Made by a program: the position numbers and the translations under genes. From an uncultured Solibacteraceae bacterium (GTDB taxonomy: Bacteria > Acidobacteriota > Terriglobia > Bryobacterales > Bryobacteraceae): 64,000 nt of DNA. The notes beneath the pieces are model-generated. The model worked only from the letters and a program-made list of their open reading frames with translations. It was not told the DNA's origin and ran no database searches. This document shows, one piece after another, positions 51,171 through 60,264 of this stretch (its first letter is position 1; every line of letters begins with the position of its first letter). Location: assembly GCA_963792055.1 (NCBI GenBank), contig CAWBUV010000017.1, positions 252,283 through 316,282 of the forward strand, read 5' to 3'.

Positions 51171-53810
51171 ATGTCTACGGGTGATGCACTCAGCCCTCAA
51201 TTGGTGTCTTTACAGCGCTTCCAGATGGAGGCGAACTTCGAAGGACTGATCCAACTTCTGGCGAAGAACCTGTATCCGGAGCCGGACGTCTTTGTCCGCG
51301 AGTTGATTCAGAATTCGCACGACAGCGCCGTACTAAGGCAAAAGGACGAACCGGGCTTCATTCCGGAGATCGACGTCTCTTTCGACATCGAGAAGCGTAC
51401 TATTACATTCTCGGATAATGCGCGCGGGATGAACCTGGACGAGATCCGCGGCTTTCTGTCGGTGATCGGCTCGACGGGTACTGGCGCGGAAAGGGAAAGC
51501 CTTGCGAAGCAGGGCCGCGAGAGCGCGCGGAAACTGATCGGCCAGTTTGGCATTGGGATGCTTTCGGCTTTTGTCGTCGCCAGCGAGGTTGTGGTACGGA
51601 CCAGGCGGGTAGGTTCGGAACAGGCCTATATTTGGGTGAATCGGGGCAGCCAGGAATGTACGGTTTATGCGGGGGTCAAGGACGAGTTCGGAACCGAAGT
51701 GACCCTCAGCGTGCGCGAGAGCTTCTCTTACATGCTCGATGAGGGGCGGCTTTCGAAGACCATCACGCGCTATTGCGATTTCCTCCCCATTCCCGTCCGC
51801 TTGAACGGCCGCGGTCCCGTGAATGCCCTCAGCGCGCCCTGGCACCGGGATCAGTGGACTTCGCCGGCGGAAAAAGAGGAGGCCTATGAGCAATTTATCA
51901 TCCGTCATTACAACCCGGACTTGCCGCTGCTGGTTATCCCCATCGATATCGATGAACAGTTCCAGGCACGAGGGGTCTTGTATATACCGGATCGAAAGGT
52001 GTCGAACTCCAATTCCACCGGTGTAATCGACATCTTCGTGCGGCGGATTTTCTTGAGGGGCAACGACAACTCGTTTCTTCCCTCCTGGGCCGGCTTTGTA
52101 CGCGGCGTCATCGACAGTCCGGATCTACAGCCCACCGCGGCACGCGACAACGTGCAACGCAATGAAAACCCGGCCTTCGAGTTTCTCCGGCGCCGCGTCG
52201 CCGATCTGATCATCACGAGGCTCCTGCAGCTTGCGGAAAAGGAGCCCGTACGGTTCCGCCAGGTAAATCACTGGCACCATACGCAGATGAAGGATATGGC
52301 CTTTCAGAACCAGGAAGCCTTTGATCAACTTGCCGGCCTGCTTCTGGTGGACACCAACAAAGGATTGATCTCTCTCAGGGACTACCTGAGCCGGAATCCA
52401 CGCCGAGCCGATAAAGAAAACAAAGCGGCCATCTATTACTTCGTTCATCGTAGCGCCACCTCGCAGTTCTACCGCCTGGCGGACGCCCGCGGGTGGGTCG
52501 TGATCAACGGTTCCGACCGCTCTGAAGAGCGGGTGCTCGAAAAATATGCCAAGCTGAACCACCGCACCATTCATCTGGCGCGAATCGACGATCCGGACAG
52601 TCCCGACCTCTTCGAGTCGATTGGGGAGGAGGATCAAAAGCTTCTGCGGCCCTTAGAAATCGAGCTCGAAAGTGAGATCAGGCGGCGCGGGTTTTCGAAC
52701 GTGCTGGTGAGGACACGTCGTTTCGCGCCGACCGATCTTCCGGCGGTGCTGATCACCACGCCCGAGGGCGAGGTAGACGAAAAGCTCCGCAGCCTGCGCG
52801 ACGATCCCTACTACATGTCCACCATGGACGACGTTGCCCGAGACTTCCTCTCGCAGGGTCCGGCCCGGCCGAGCTACCTCTCGCTCAACGCATCCAATAG
52901 CCTGATCCAAAAGCTGGCCGCAATCGACCGGCGGGAGGATGCAGTGCGGGATGTCATGGCGGGCATCTATCAGAGCGCGGTGCTTCATTCCGAGAATCTG
53001 TTGAATCCGCGAACCGTGAAATCGCTGCATCAGCACCTGGTGGCGCTGCTCGATGCGGTCGTGCAGAAAGACGAAAAGGTTCGTAAGCTGCAACAGAGGC
53101 TGGATCAGGCAGTGAAGGAACTGGCACAGCCACGCGCAGTTGAGGCGGCGCCGCAGGAAAGGGCGGACCATATCCTGCTGTTCATGATCACACCGTTCGG
53201 CGCCGAATATAAGCCGCTCGAAGAGGCCGTGCGACGGGTGTTTGAAACCAAGCCTTACTTCTTTGAATTGCGGCTGGCGCGCGACTACACACACAACTCC
53301 GAAAGCGTGCTCGCCAACGTCCGTGAACACATGCGCCGCGCCAACGGATTCGTGGCCGAGATCACCGAACTGAAGCCCAACGTCATGTTCGAACTAGGTG
53401 CCGCCATGGTTACCAATGGCGGACGTCCTGTATTTGCCCTGCGGGCCGCAACTGCGGACCTGACAAACATACCGGCTGACGTCGGTACCAAGTTGTATGT
53501 CAGCTACAGTTCCTTAAAGGACTCCGTGGAAGCGATCGAAAAGCAGATTCGCGAGGCGTTCGAACAAGGTGGGAGATCGCGTAGCGATGAGATTCAGGGT
53601 TTGCTCGATCAGCGGCGGCAGAAGTTCCTGTCTCGAACACTGCTGCGCAGCCTGGAGCGGCTAAAGGAACTCGAAATCGACGCCCTCACGGGATCCTACC
53701 GGTACGTAGAAGAACTGGTCGCCGCGGATTCCGCCGATGTCGCCAAACGCACAAACTTGCGGGAACGCGTGGTCCTGGCAGTCCAGGACGAGTTACAGCA
53801 GCAGTTATGA
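51171..53810 (+). CDS. Hsp90/HtpG-family paralogue with ~220-aa C-terminal extension (Rossmann-like TIR/NDT-like domain + helical tail)
   Basis: Intact 879-aa ORF; AGGAG lies 9 nt before the ATG. GHKL/Hsp90 blocks: 'VRELIQNSHDSA', 'FSDNARGM', 'VIGSTGTGA', 'IGQFGIGMLSAFVVA'. Middle domain: 'FVRGVIDSPDLQPTAARDNVQRN'. Extra C-terminal domain: 'ILLFMITPFG...FVAEITELKPNVMFELGAAM...RPVFAL'. Confidence 0.85.
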   Translation: MSTGDALSPQLVSLQRFQMEANFEGLIQLLAKNLYPEPDVFVRELIQNSHDSAVLRQKDEPGFIPEIDVSFDIEKRTITFSDNARGMNLDEIRGFLSVIGSTGTGAERESLAKQGRESARKLIGQFGIGMLSAFVVASEVVVRTRRVGSEQAYIWVNRGSQECTVYAGVKDEFGTEVTLSVRESFSYMLDEGRLSKTITRYCDFLPIPVRLNGRGPVNALSAPWHRDQWTSPAEKEEAYEQFIIRHYNPDLPLLVIPIDIDEQFQARGVLYIPDRKVSNSNSTGVIDIFVRRIFLRGNDNSFLPSWAGFVRGVIDSPDLQPTAARDNVQRNENPAFEFLRRRVADLIITRLLQLAEKEPVRFRQVNHWHHTQMKDMAFQNQEAFDQLAGLLLVDTNKGLISLRDYLSRNPRRADKENKAAIYYFVHRSATSQFYRLADARGWVVINGSDRSEERVLEKYAKLNHRTIHLARIDDPDSPDLFESIGEEDQKLLRPLEIELESEIRRRGFSNVLVRTRRFAPTDLPAVLITTPEGEVDEKLRSLRDDPYYMSTMDDVARDFLSQGPARPSYLSLNASNSLIQKLAAIDRREDAVRDVMAGIYQSAVLHSENLLNPRTVKSLHQHLVALLDAVVQKDEKVRKLQQRLDQAVKELAQPRAVEAAPQERADHILLFMITPFGAEYKPLEEAVRRVFETKPYFFELRLARDYTHNSESVLANVREHMRRANGFVAEITELKPNVMFELGAAMVTNGGRPVFALRAATADLTNIPADVGTKLYVSYSSLKDSVEAIEKQIREAFEQGGRSRSDEIQGLLDQRRQKFLSRTLLRSLERLKELEIDALTGSYRYVEELVAADSADVAKRTNLRERVVLAVQDELQQQL

Positions 53811-54961
53811 GTCAGGCAGCGAACGCGAACGCAAGTGCGATTGCTCAGGGCCGAAAGCGGATGGAAGAGTTGATTGACGCCGCTGACAGCTTATACACGC
53901 GCTCTGAATATGAGCAGGCTGGCGATCTCTACCGTCGGGCTTGCGAAATTGCCGACGCGATTGGGGCGCGCGAGGAGTGGTTCCAATATCGCCTGTGGTG
54001 GGCCGAATCCCGAAGACTGCACGGGCGGCTTCGGGAGGCATTTGTGCTTGTCGAGCCACTCTTGAAGGACGACGATACCCCAGCAAGACCCGCTGATCGC
54101 AGTATGGCAGTCCAAGTCTATACAAAGCTGGTAATCAATCTTCCTGTGGCACTGGCGACTATAGAGAAAACCCTGGAGCGGGCTGAGACTTTAGCACTCG
54201 ATTCGGGTGTTCCAAAAACGCTGTCGGTGTATACTCACCTGCGTGCCCGCTTGGCCTTGTGGAGCGGAGAGTATGATCGCGCAGAGACCTACGAGGAGGA
54301 GGCCTGGGCTATATGGTCTTCAGACTACCCCAACGTCGTGGCCGACCATTACTTCGTTCTCCGTGGCACGATCAGTCTTTTGAAACGCAGGCCGGACGCA
54401 CTCGACGCGTTGTTTAAAGAGTGGAGTACCTGCGAAGACGAACTCCCGACATTGCGTGAGGCTTCTCAATTGGATCTACGATCGCGCCGTGCAAGGCTGG
54501 AAAAGAATTTGCCCCTGGCTATCGATTATGGCCGGCGTTGCCGCCTCATCAATAACGAGGCAGTCGCACCTCTGATCCGGGCCTTTTTGAGCACTGGAGA
54601 TATTGCGCTTGCAATCGAGCCATTATTGCAGATGCGTCGCGATTGCAGAAGAAGCGAGGGAGGGCGTGCACGATTCGAAACCGCTCGCTTGAACCTGGAC
54701 TTTCATCTTGCGGCGACACGCTCCGTGGCCGGCATGGCCCCCGCAGATGACGAATTCGATCTCGATTTTCCCGCGCCGGCGTCGATTCGAGATCCCAAAG
54801 CCACGGCGAAGGCCCTCCGTCGAACTCGTAGGGCCCTACGGACTGTGCAAGAGATCGCGCGCTCTCTCGACGAAAAGCTGGAATGCACTTCTCACCTCGA
54901 AGAAGTTCGCAAACGTCAGAAGCGCATCGAAGATATCGAGGACGCCCTGGAACGTTCCTAA
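53807..54961 (+). CDS. All-helical TPR-like repeat protein, translationally coupled to the Hsp90 paralogue
   Basis: Intact 384-aa ORF with an ATGA overlap at 53807-53810. TPR-like units such as 'ADSLYTRSEYEQAGDLYRRACEIA' and 'ALWSGEYDRAETYEEEAWAIW'. Charged coiled-coil-like C-terminus. Confidence 0.75.
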   Translation: MSQAANANASAIAQGRKRMEELIDAADSLYTRSEYEQAGDLYRRACEIADAIGAREEWFQYRLWWAESRRLHGRLREAFVLVEPLLKDDDTPARPADRSMAVQVYTKLVINLPVALATIEKTLERAETLALDSGVPKTLSVYTHLRARLALWSGEYDRAETYEEEAWAIWSSDYPNVVADHYFVLRGTISLLKRRPDALDALFKEWSTCEDELPTLREASQLDLRSRRARLEKNLPLAIDYGRRCRLINNEAVAPLIRAFLSTGDIALAIEPLLQMRRDCRRSEGGRARFETARLNLDFHLAATRSVAGMAPADDEFDLDFPAPASIRDPKATAKALRRTRRALRTVQEIARSLDEKLECTSHLEEVRKRQKRIEDIEDALERS

Positions 54962-54962
54962 T

Positions 54963-55328
54963 CTACCGCCGCGCCAGCAGAGCACCCAGCCAGACCGCCG
55001 CGTAGCCAAACACGACGCTGCCCACCACATTCGCCAGCCCGATCCAGAAGCCGCCTCCACGCACCGCCGCATAGGTCTCCCATTCGAAACTGGAAAATGT
55101 CGTGTAGCCGCCCAGGAACCCCACCACCAACACCAGCCGCCAATAAGGATGAGGTTGGCGCTCCGTGAGCAGCGTCATGATCAGTCCGATCAGGAAGCAC
55201 CCGGTAACGTTGACCACCATCGTGCCCGTCGGAAAGCGCGTGCCGAACCGGCTGGCGATCACGGAACTCGCAAAGTACCGCGCCAGCGAACCTACACCGC
55301 CTCCCAGCAGGATCAGCAGGTACTTCAT
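54963..55328 (-). CDS. crcB: Fluoride ion channel CrcB/FluC
   Basis: ATG 55328 gives 'MKYLLILLGGGVGSLARYF...FPTGTMVVNVTGCFLIG...GFLGGYTTFSSF', a typical CrcB of 121 aa (122 codons including the stop). The ORF track fuses it in frame to tsaC; see the findings. Confidence 0.9.
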   Translation of the reverse strand: MKYLLILLGGGVGSLARYFASSVIASRFGTRFPTGTMVVNVTGCFLIGLIMTLLTERQPHPYWRLVLVVGFLGGYTTFSSFEWETYAAVRGGGFWIGLANVVGSVVFGYAAVWLGALLARR

Positions 55329-55356
55329 CGGCGCCGGCCCGATCTTCGACGGCGCC

Positions 55357-55994
55357 TTACGACGATTCCAGGCACTCCGCGATTTCCTTCTCCGCAATCG
55401 CGCCGCCTTGATGACGCGCCAATACGGCTCGGTGATATCGATGGTAGTCGCGCCCTCGCCCGCGCAATGCCCGCCATCCAGCACCAGGTCCACACGGCCG
55501 TCCATCATGCCGAACACATCGATGCCGCTGTGGCACGTGGGATGTCCCGAAATATTGGCGCTCGTCGAAATCAATGGCTGGTCCAACAGCGCGATCAGCC
55601 TCGTTGCCGTCTCCGAGCGCGAATGGCGTAGCGCCAGGCGTCCCGTATTGCCGGTCACCTTGAGGGGAATCTTCGCCGCCGCCGGCACGATCATCGTCAG
55701 CGGCCCTGGCCAGAACCGCCGCGCCAGGATGAAAAAGCGCGCCGTCAGTTCGCTCGCCAGTTCCTCCGCCATCATCGTGTCGCGGATGAGGATGGGCAGC
55801 GCGCGGCTGGATTCGCGCCCCTTGGCGTGAAACACGCCGGTGACGGCGCGCAGGTTGTAGGGGTCGGCCACCAGGATGTACAGCGCGTCGGTGGGGATCG
55901 CCACCACCTTTCCGCGGCGCACGGCGGCGGCGGCTCGCTCCAGCGCTTCCGGCTGGGGATCCTGGGGATCGATTTCGACCAGGTCGGTTGCCAT
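55357..55994 (-). pseudogene. tsaC: L-threonylcarbamoyladenylate synthase (YrdC/TsaC domain); one frame change near the 3' end
   Basis: 'VVAIPTDALYILVADP', 'RFWPGPLTMIVP' and 'ISTSANISGHP' are in the 55994 frame. The family-typical end 'GAIAEKEIAECLESS*' is in ORF 55357..56073. One base added within aaggcggcgcg (about 55401-55410) joins them. Confidence 0.8.
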
Positions 55995-56020
55995 TCTTGA
56001 GCTCTTTGTCCGTTCCGATC

Positions 56021-57887
56021 TTAGCGGGCTTCGATGGCCTCGGCAACGTCGATTGCCATCTGATAACGGCCAAACGGGGCGCTAAGTTGCACGCCCTGCA
56101 CCATCTTACTCACCCGGAAAACCATTTCCCGCGCGATCGCGACGCCTTCCTCGCGGGCCTTCTCGGCGTTATCCACCCGCCGCATACGTTCCATGAACAC
56201 ATCCGGCACCGGCACGCGCAGTTCGTTGACCATGAACTCCGCGTTGCGGAAGCTGGTGAGCGGCCAGATGCCGCAAAGAACCGGAATCTTGACGTGCTCG
56301 ATGCGCTTCAGAAACGCCTCCAGCAGATCCAGATCGAAGACCGGCTGGGTCACCACGTACTCCGCGCCCGCCTCCACCTTCCATTCGAAGCGGCGAATTT
56401 CCTCATCCATATTCAACGCGCCCGGGTTGGCGCCGACGCCGATCAATAGCGCCGTCTGCGACCCCATCGGATTGCCGCCGATATCCAGGCCGTGATTCAG
56501 ATTGCGCACGATATTCACCAGCCCGATGGCGTCCACATCGAACACCGCGGTGGCATCCGGGTACGCACCCATGCGCGGCGGATCGCCCGTGATGCAGATC
56601 AGGTTGCGCACGCCCAGGCTGTGCGCCCCCAGCAGTTCGCTCTGTATGCCGAGAATGTTCCGGTCGCGGCAGCAGAAGTGGTTGACCGCTTCGATGCCCG
56701 CCTGTTCCTGGATCAACTGGCAGGTGACCTGTGCGCTCATGCGCGCGCTGGCGCGCGGGCCGTCGGGAACATTGATCGCGTCGATGCCATGGTCGGCGCA
56801 CAGTTTCGCGCCCGCGATCTCGCGCGTCGCATCCACGCCGCGCGGCGGCAGAATCTCGACAAAGGAGACGAACTGCCCGGCCGCCAGTTTGGCGCCGACC
56901 TTGGATTTCTCGGCCACCGGAACCGGCGTGAGCGCCTGCGCCTTGACCTTCGGCTCTTCCACCGTCACCGCCAGCTTCTTCTGCAGCGGCTGCAGCGACC
57001 GGGTCTCCGAGCGGATCAGCTTGATGTGGTCCGGCGTGGTGCCGCAGCAGCCGCCGATCACCTTGACGCCCGCCCACAGCAGCCGGCGCGCGTATTGCGA
57101 CATGTACTCCGGCGAGCAGAGGTAAATGTTGCGGCCTTCCACCCGCATCGGCAGCCCGGCGTTGGGCATCGCGCTCAGCGGTTTGGTGGCATGCTCCATC
57201 ATGCGCTCGACGGTTTCGAGCGTCGCCTTGGGACCCACCGAGCAATTCAGGCCGATCGCATCCACCGGCCACGTATTCATTTCGCGCGTGAAGGTCTCGG
57301 TATCGGTGCCGCCCGGCAGATGGCCGAAATCGTCGATGGTCACCTGCGCGATCATCGGAATTTCGCCGCCCGCGGCTTCGTGCGCCGGCCATGACCGCTT
57401 CGCGCAGTTCGTCCAGATTGCCGAAGGTCTCGAAGATCAGCAGGTCGACACCGGCCTCCAGCAGGGCATCGATCTGTTCGCGGAACGCGGCGCGCGCCTC
57501 CGCGAAGGAAGTGGGGCCCAGCGGCTCGATGCGGACGTTGAGCGGTCCCACGGCGCCGGCCACAAACGCGCCATTGGCCGCTTCGCGCGCCAGCCGGACC
57601 CCGGCCAGGTTGATGGCGTGCAGCTTTTCCGCAAAGCCGAACGCTCCCAAACGTTGCCGGGTGGCGCCGAACGTGTTGGTCTCCAGGATCTCGGCGCCCG
57701 CCTTCGCGTATTCCTGATGGATCTGGCGAACCATGTCGGGCGACGAGAGGTTCAACTCGTCGAAGCAGCGATTGATGAACACGCCGCGCGAGTAAAGCAT
57801 GGTACCCATCGCGCCATCGGCCACGATCACGCGGCTCGCCAGTTGGTCACGGAATTCCTGGGCGCGGGTACGGATAGATGTAGTCAT
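56021..57887 (-). pseudogene. Bifunctional homocysteine S-methyltransferase / 5,10-methylenetetrahydrofolate reductase (YitJ-like); one frame change
   Basis: The N-terminal Hcy-binding domain 'VIVADGAMGTMLY...ILETNTFGA' is in ORF 56403..57902 (ATG 57887). From about 57380 the product continues in ORF 56021..57355 ('GLNCSVGP', 'GGCCGTTPDHI'), then the MTHFR domain ('FVSFVEILPPRG...ICITGDPP'). Confidence 0.85.
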
Positions 57888-57995
57888 GAGTGACGGTCGC
57901 AAATGCCGTTCGCAATGCGCGAAATGCGATAGTTTTCAGTTTAACGCACGTGGACTCCACGGCGCTCATCCACCTGATACCATGTGCATCAAACC

Positions 57996-59476
57996 ATGCG
58001 ACGTCGTGATCTTCTCCGTACCTGCGCGGCCGCTCCCCTCGCGCTTGCCGCCGGCAACCGCGCCTTCGGCCAGAATCGCTATCAGCCCACCTGGGAATCC
58101 ATCGACCAGCGCCCCAGCCCCGCCTGGTACACCGATTCCAAGTTCGGCATCTTCATTCACTGGGGCGTCTACTCCGTCCCCTCGTATGCCCCCGTCAAGT
58201 CCAAGGGCGAAACCATGTACGCCGAGTGGTATTGGAACTCGCTCAACAAGCCGAATTCCTCCACCCGCAAGTTCCATGATCGCAACTACGGCGCCAACTT
58301 CCCCTACTTCGATTTCGCTCCCATGTTCCGCGCCGAACTCTACAATCCGGACCACTGGGCCGACGTCTTCACCCGCTCCGGCGCGAAGTACGTCGCTCTC
58401 ACCTCCAAGCATCACGAGGGCTTCACCCTATGGCGCAACGAGCAGGCCAACAAGACCTGGGGACGCCCGTGGAACGCGGTGGATATCGGACCAAAACGCG
58501 ACATTGCGCTGGACCTGATGGAGGCCGGCCGCCGGCGCGGGCTGCACATGGGAATCTACTACTCGCTCTACGAGTGGTACAACCCGCTCTGGCTGTCCGA
58601 CAAGAAACGCTACGTGGCGGAGCACATGTTCCCGCAGTTCAAGGACGCCGTCACGCATCTCAAGCCGAGCATCATCTTCTCGGACGGCGAATGGGAGCTG
58701 ACCAGCGCCGAATGGCGCTCGCCCGAGCTGCTGGCGTGGCTCTTCAACGAATCGCCGGTGCGCGACGAAGTCGTGATCGACGACCGCTGGGGCAAGGACA
58801 CCCGCCACAAACACGGCGGTTACTACACCACCGAGTACACGTCCGGCATGCAGCAGGCGGCTCACCCCTGGGAAGAGAGCCGCGGCATGGGCTATTCCTA
58901 CGGATACAACCGCATGGAGACGCTGGCCGATTACCACAGCGACCGCGAACTGCTCATGATGCTGCTCGACATCGTGGCGCGCGGCGGCAATCTGCTGCTC
59001 GATATCGGACCCACCGGCGACGGACGCATCCCCGTCGTGATGGAAGAGCGCCTCATCCAGATCGGCGACTTCCTCGCGCCCCAACGGCGAAGCCATCTAC
59101 GGCACTCACGCGCGCCACACGCCGCGCCAGTGGAGTAAGGGCGCCATCCCCAAGCTCGAAGAGAAGGAGTTCATGTCGGACTACGACATCACCAAACTGG
59201 TGGATACTCCGCCCGCGGGCTACGCTCGCGTAGACGCCTTCTACACGGCGAAGAACGACGCGGTCTACGCAATTCTGCCGCGCCGCCCCGTCCGCGAAGT
59301 CGTGCTCGACGATATCGATGCTCCCTCGGGCGTGCGCGTCACCCTACTCGAAGGCGGCCAGCAGTTGGAATCCACGCGTCAGGGCAGGCAATTGCAAATC
59401 CGCATCCCCGACGCAGTATCGGCCAGCGTTACCGGCACGCCAGGCATACGTCTTGAAGCTCGCCGGCGCCAAGTAA
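57996..59476 (+). pseudogene. GH29 alpha-L-fucosidase with twin-arginine leader; 2 frame changes
   Basis: 'MRRRDLLRTCAAAPLALAAG', 'KFGIFIHWGVYSVP' and 'HHEGFTLW' are in ORF 57984..59138. After the CCCC run at 59079-59082 the expected 'NGEAIYGTH...' is in the frame of ORF 59173..59508. The end 'LPARQAYVLKLAGAK*' (TAA 59474-59476) is in a third frame. Confidence 0.85.
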
Positions 59477-59619
59477 GCGCATGTGGGGCAGGTTGGCAAC
59501 CTGCGTGACCGATTGCGCAACGGTCCGAGGCGTTCGTCCGTCCCCTTACGCCACGTCCGCCTGAACTTCCGGCAGATTCGCCGCGGGAGCCGTGAACGTG
59601 TAAAGCACGTCCGGCGTGA

Positions 59620-60033
59620 GCCTTCCGCGAACGGCGGCGCTCGCGCAAGCCCAGACGATGCATGATGCGTCCCGCATGATCCGGATCGTAGCGCACGCCG
59701 AACTGCGTGAAAATCACCTCGGCGAAGCGGGCCGTGGTCCAGCGGTCGGTGTCGAAGCCGGACGCGCGCGGTCCCGCCTGATAGATGTCGGTGAGGACTT
59801 TGAGTTGATCCGCGGTCAAGCGGCTGGGACGGCCCGGTGCGCGCCGTTTGCGGAGCGACTCGACGCCTTTTCCGCTCAAGCGTACGGTTCCACCGGGAAG
59901 CCGTAGTGCGGCTGACACCGAATTTTCGGGCGATTTGGGACTGCGAGAGCCCCGTTTGCAGGTCCTGTGCGGCTAACAGGCGCCTGCTCTCCATTTCATC
60001 GCGACTCAGAAGACTTTGTGCGGCTGTGTCCAT
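59620..60033 (-). mobile_element. IS630-family transposase remnant (N-terminal HTH part only, frame-shifted, no DDE domain)
   Basis: 'MESRRLLAAQDLQTGLSQSQIARKFGVSRTTASRWNRTL' (ORF 59344..60033) is followed by 'GVESLRKRRAPGRPSRLTADQLKVLTDIYQAGPRASGFDTDRWTTARFAEVIFTQFGVRYDPDHAGRIMHRLG' (ORF 59379..59918). There is no room for a catalytic domain before the fucosidase 3' end at 59476. Confidence 0.65.
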
Positions 60034-60264
60034 AGTCTCGCGCGGTTGTTTGAGTTACCAGAGCGTTTCCAGAATATCAGAAAACATTTGCAATGCAAAT
60101 TGTTTTTTGAACCTGGTGTCCGCGTACCCTCCGCATGTCGGAAGCGATGCAGGAATCGGCGCTGGGGCGCTATGATCCGAAGGTACATGGATTCCGAACT
60201 GTGTCACAGCGTACCGGCCGCGGCACGACTGCTGAGGCATCCAGCGTGCATCGCGAAGAGTGTA

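Noticed and set aside
54963-55994. Apparent natural TsaC-CrcB fusion protein (343 aa)
   Set aside because: The canonical TsaC C-terminus and stop are present in the neighbouring frame, and CrcB has its own ATG. A single-base length change near 55405 explains the fusion.
55329-56020. Fluoride riboswitch controlling crcB
   Set aside because: The only non-coding stretches are 28 nt (a simple GGCGCCG/CGGCGCC hairpin) and 26 nt. These are too short and lack the conserved crcB-motif sequence.
57888-57995. SAM or cobalamin riboswitch ahead of the homocysteine methyltransferase gene
   Set aside because: The 108-nt divergent spacer is too short for SAM-I or B12 elements. I could not draw a SAM-II/SAH-like pseudoknot. 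This remains unverified without a covariance-model scan.
59344-60033. Programmed ribosomal frameshift in the IS630-like transposase
   Set aside because: IS630-family transposases are normally single ORFs. The break resembles the many other single-base frame changes in the window, and the catalytic domain is missing altogether.
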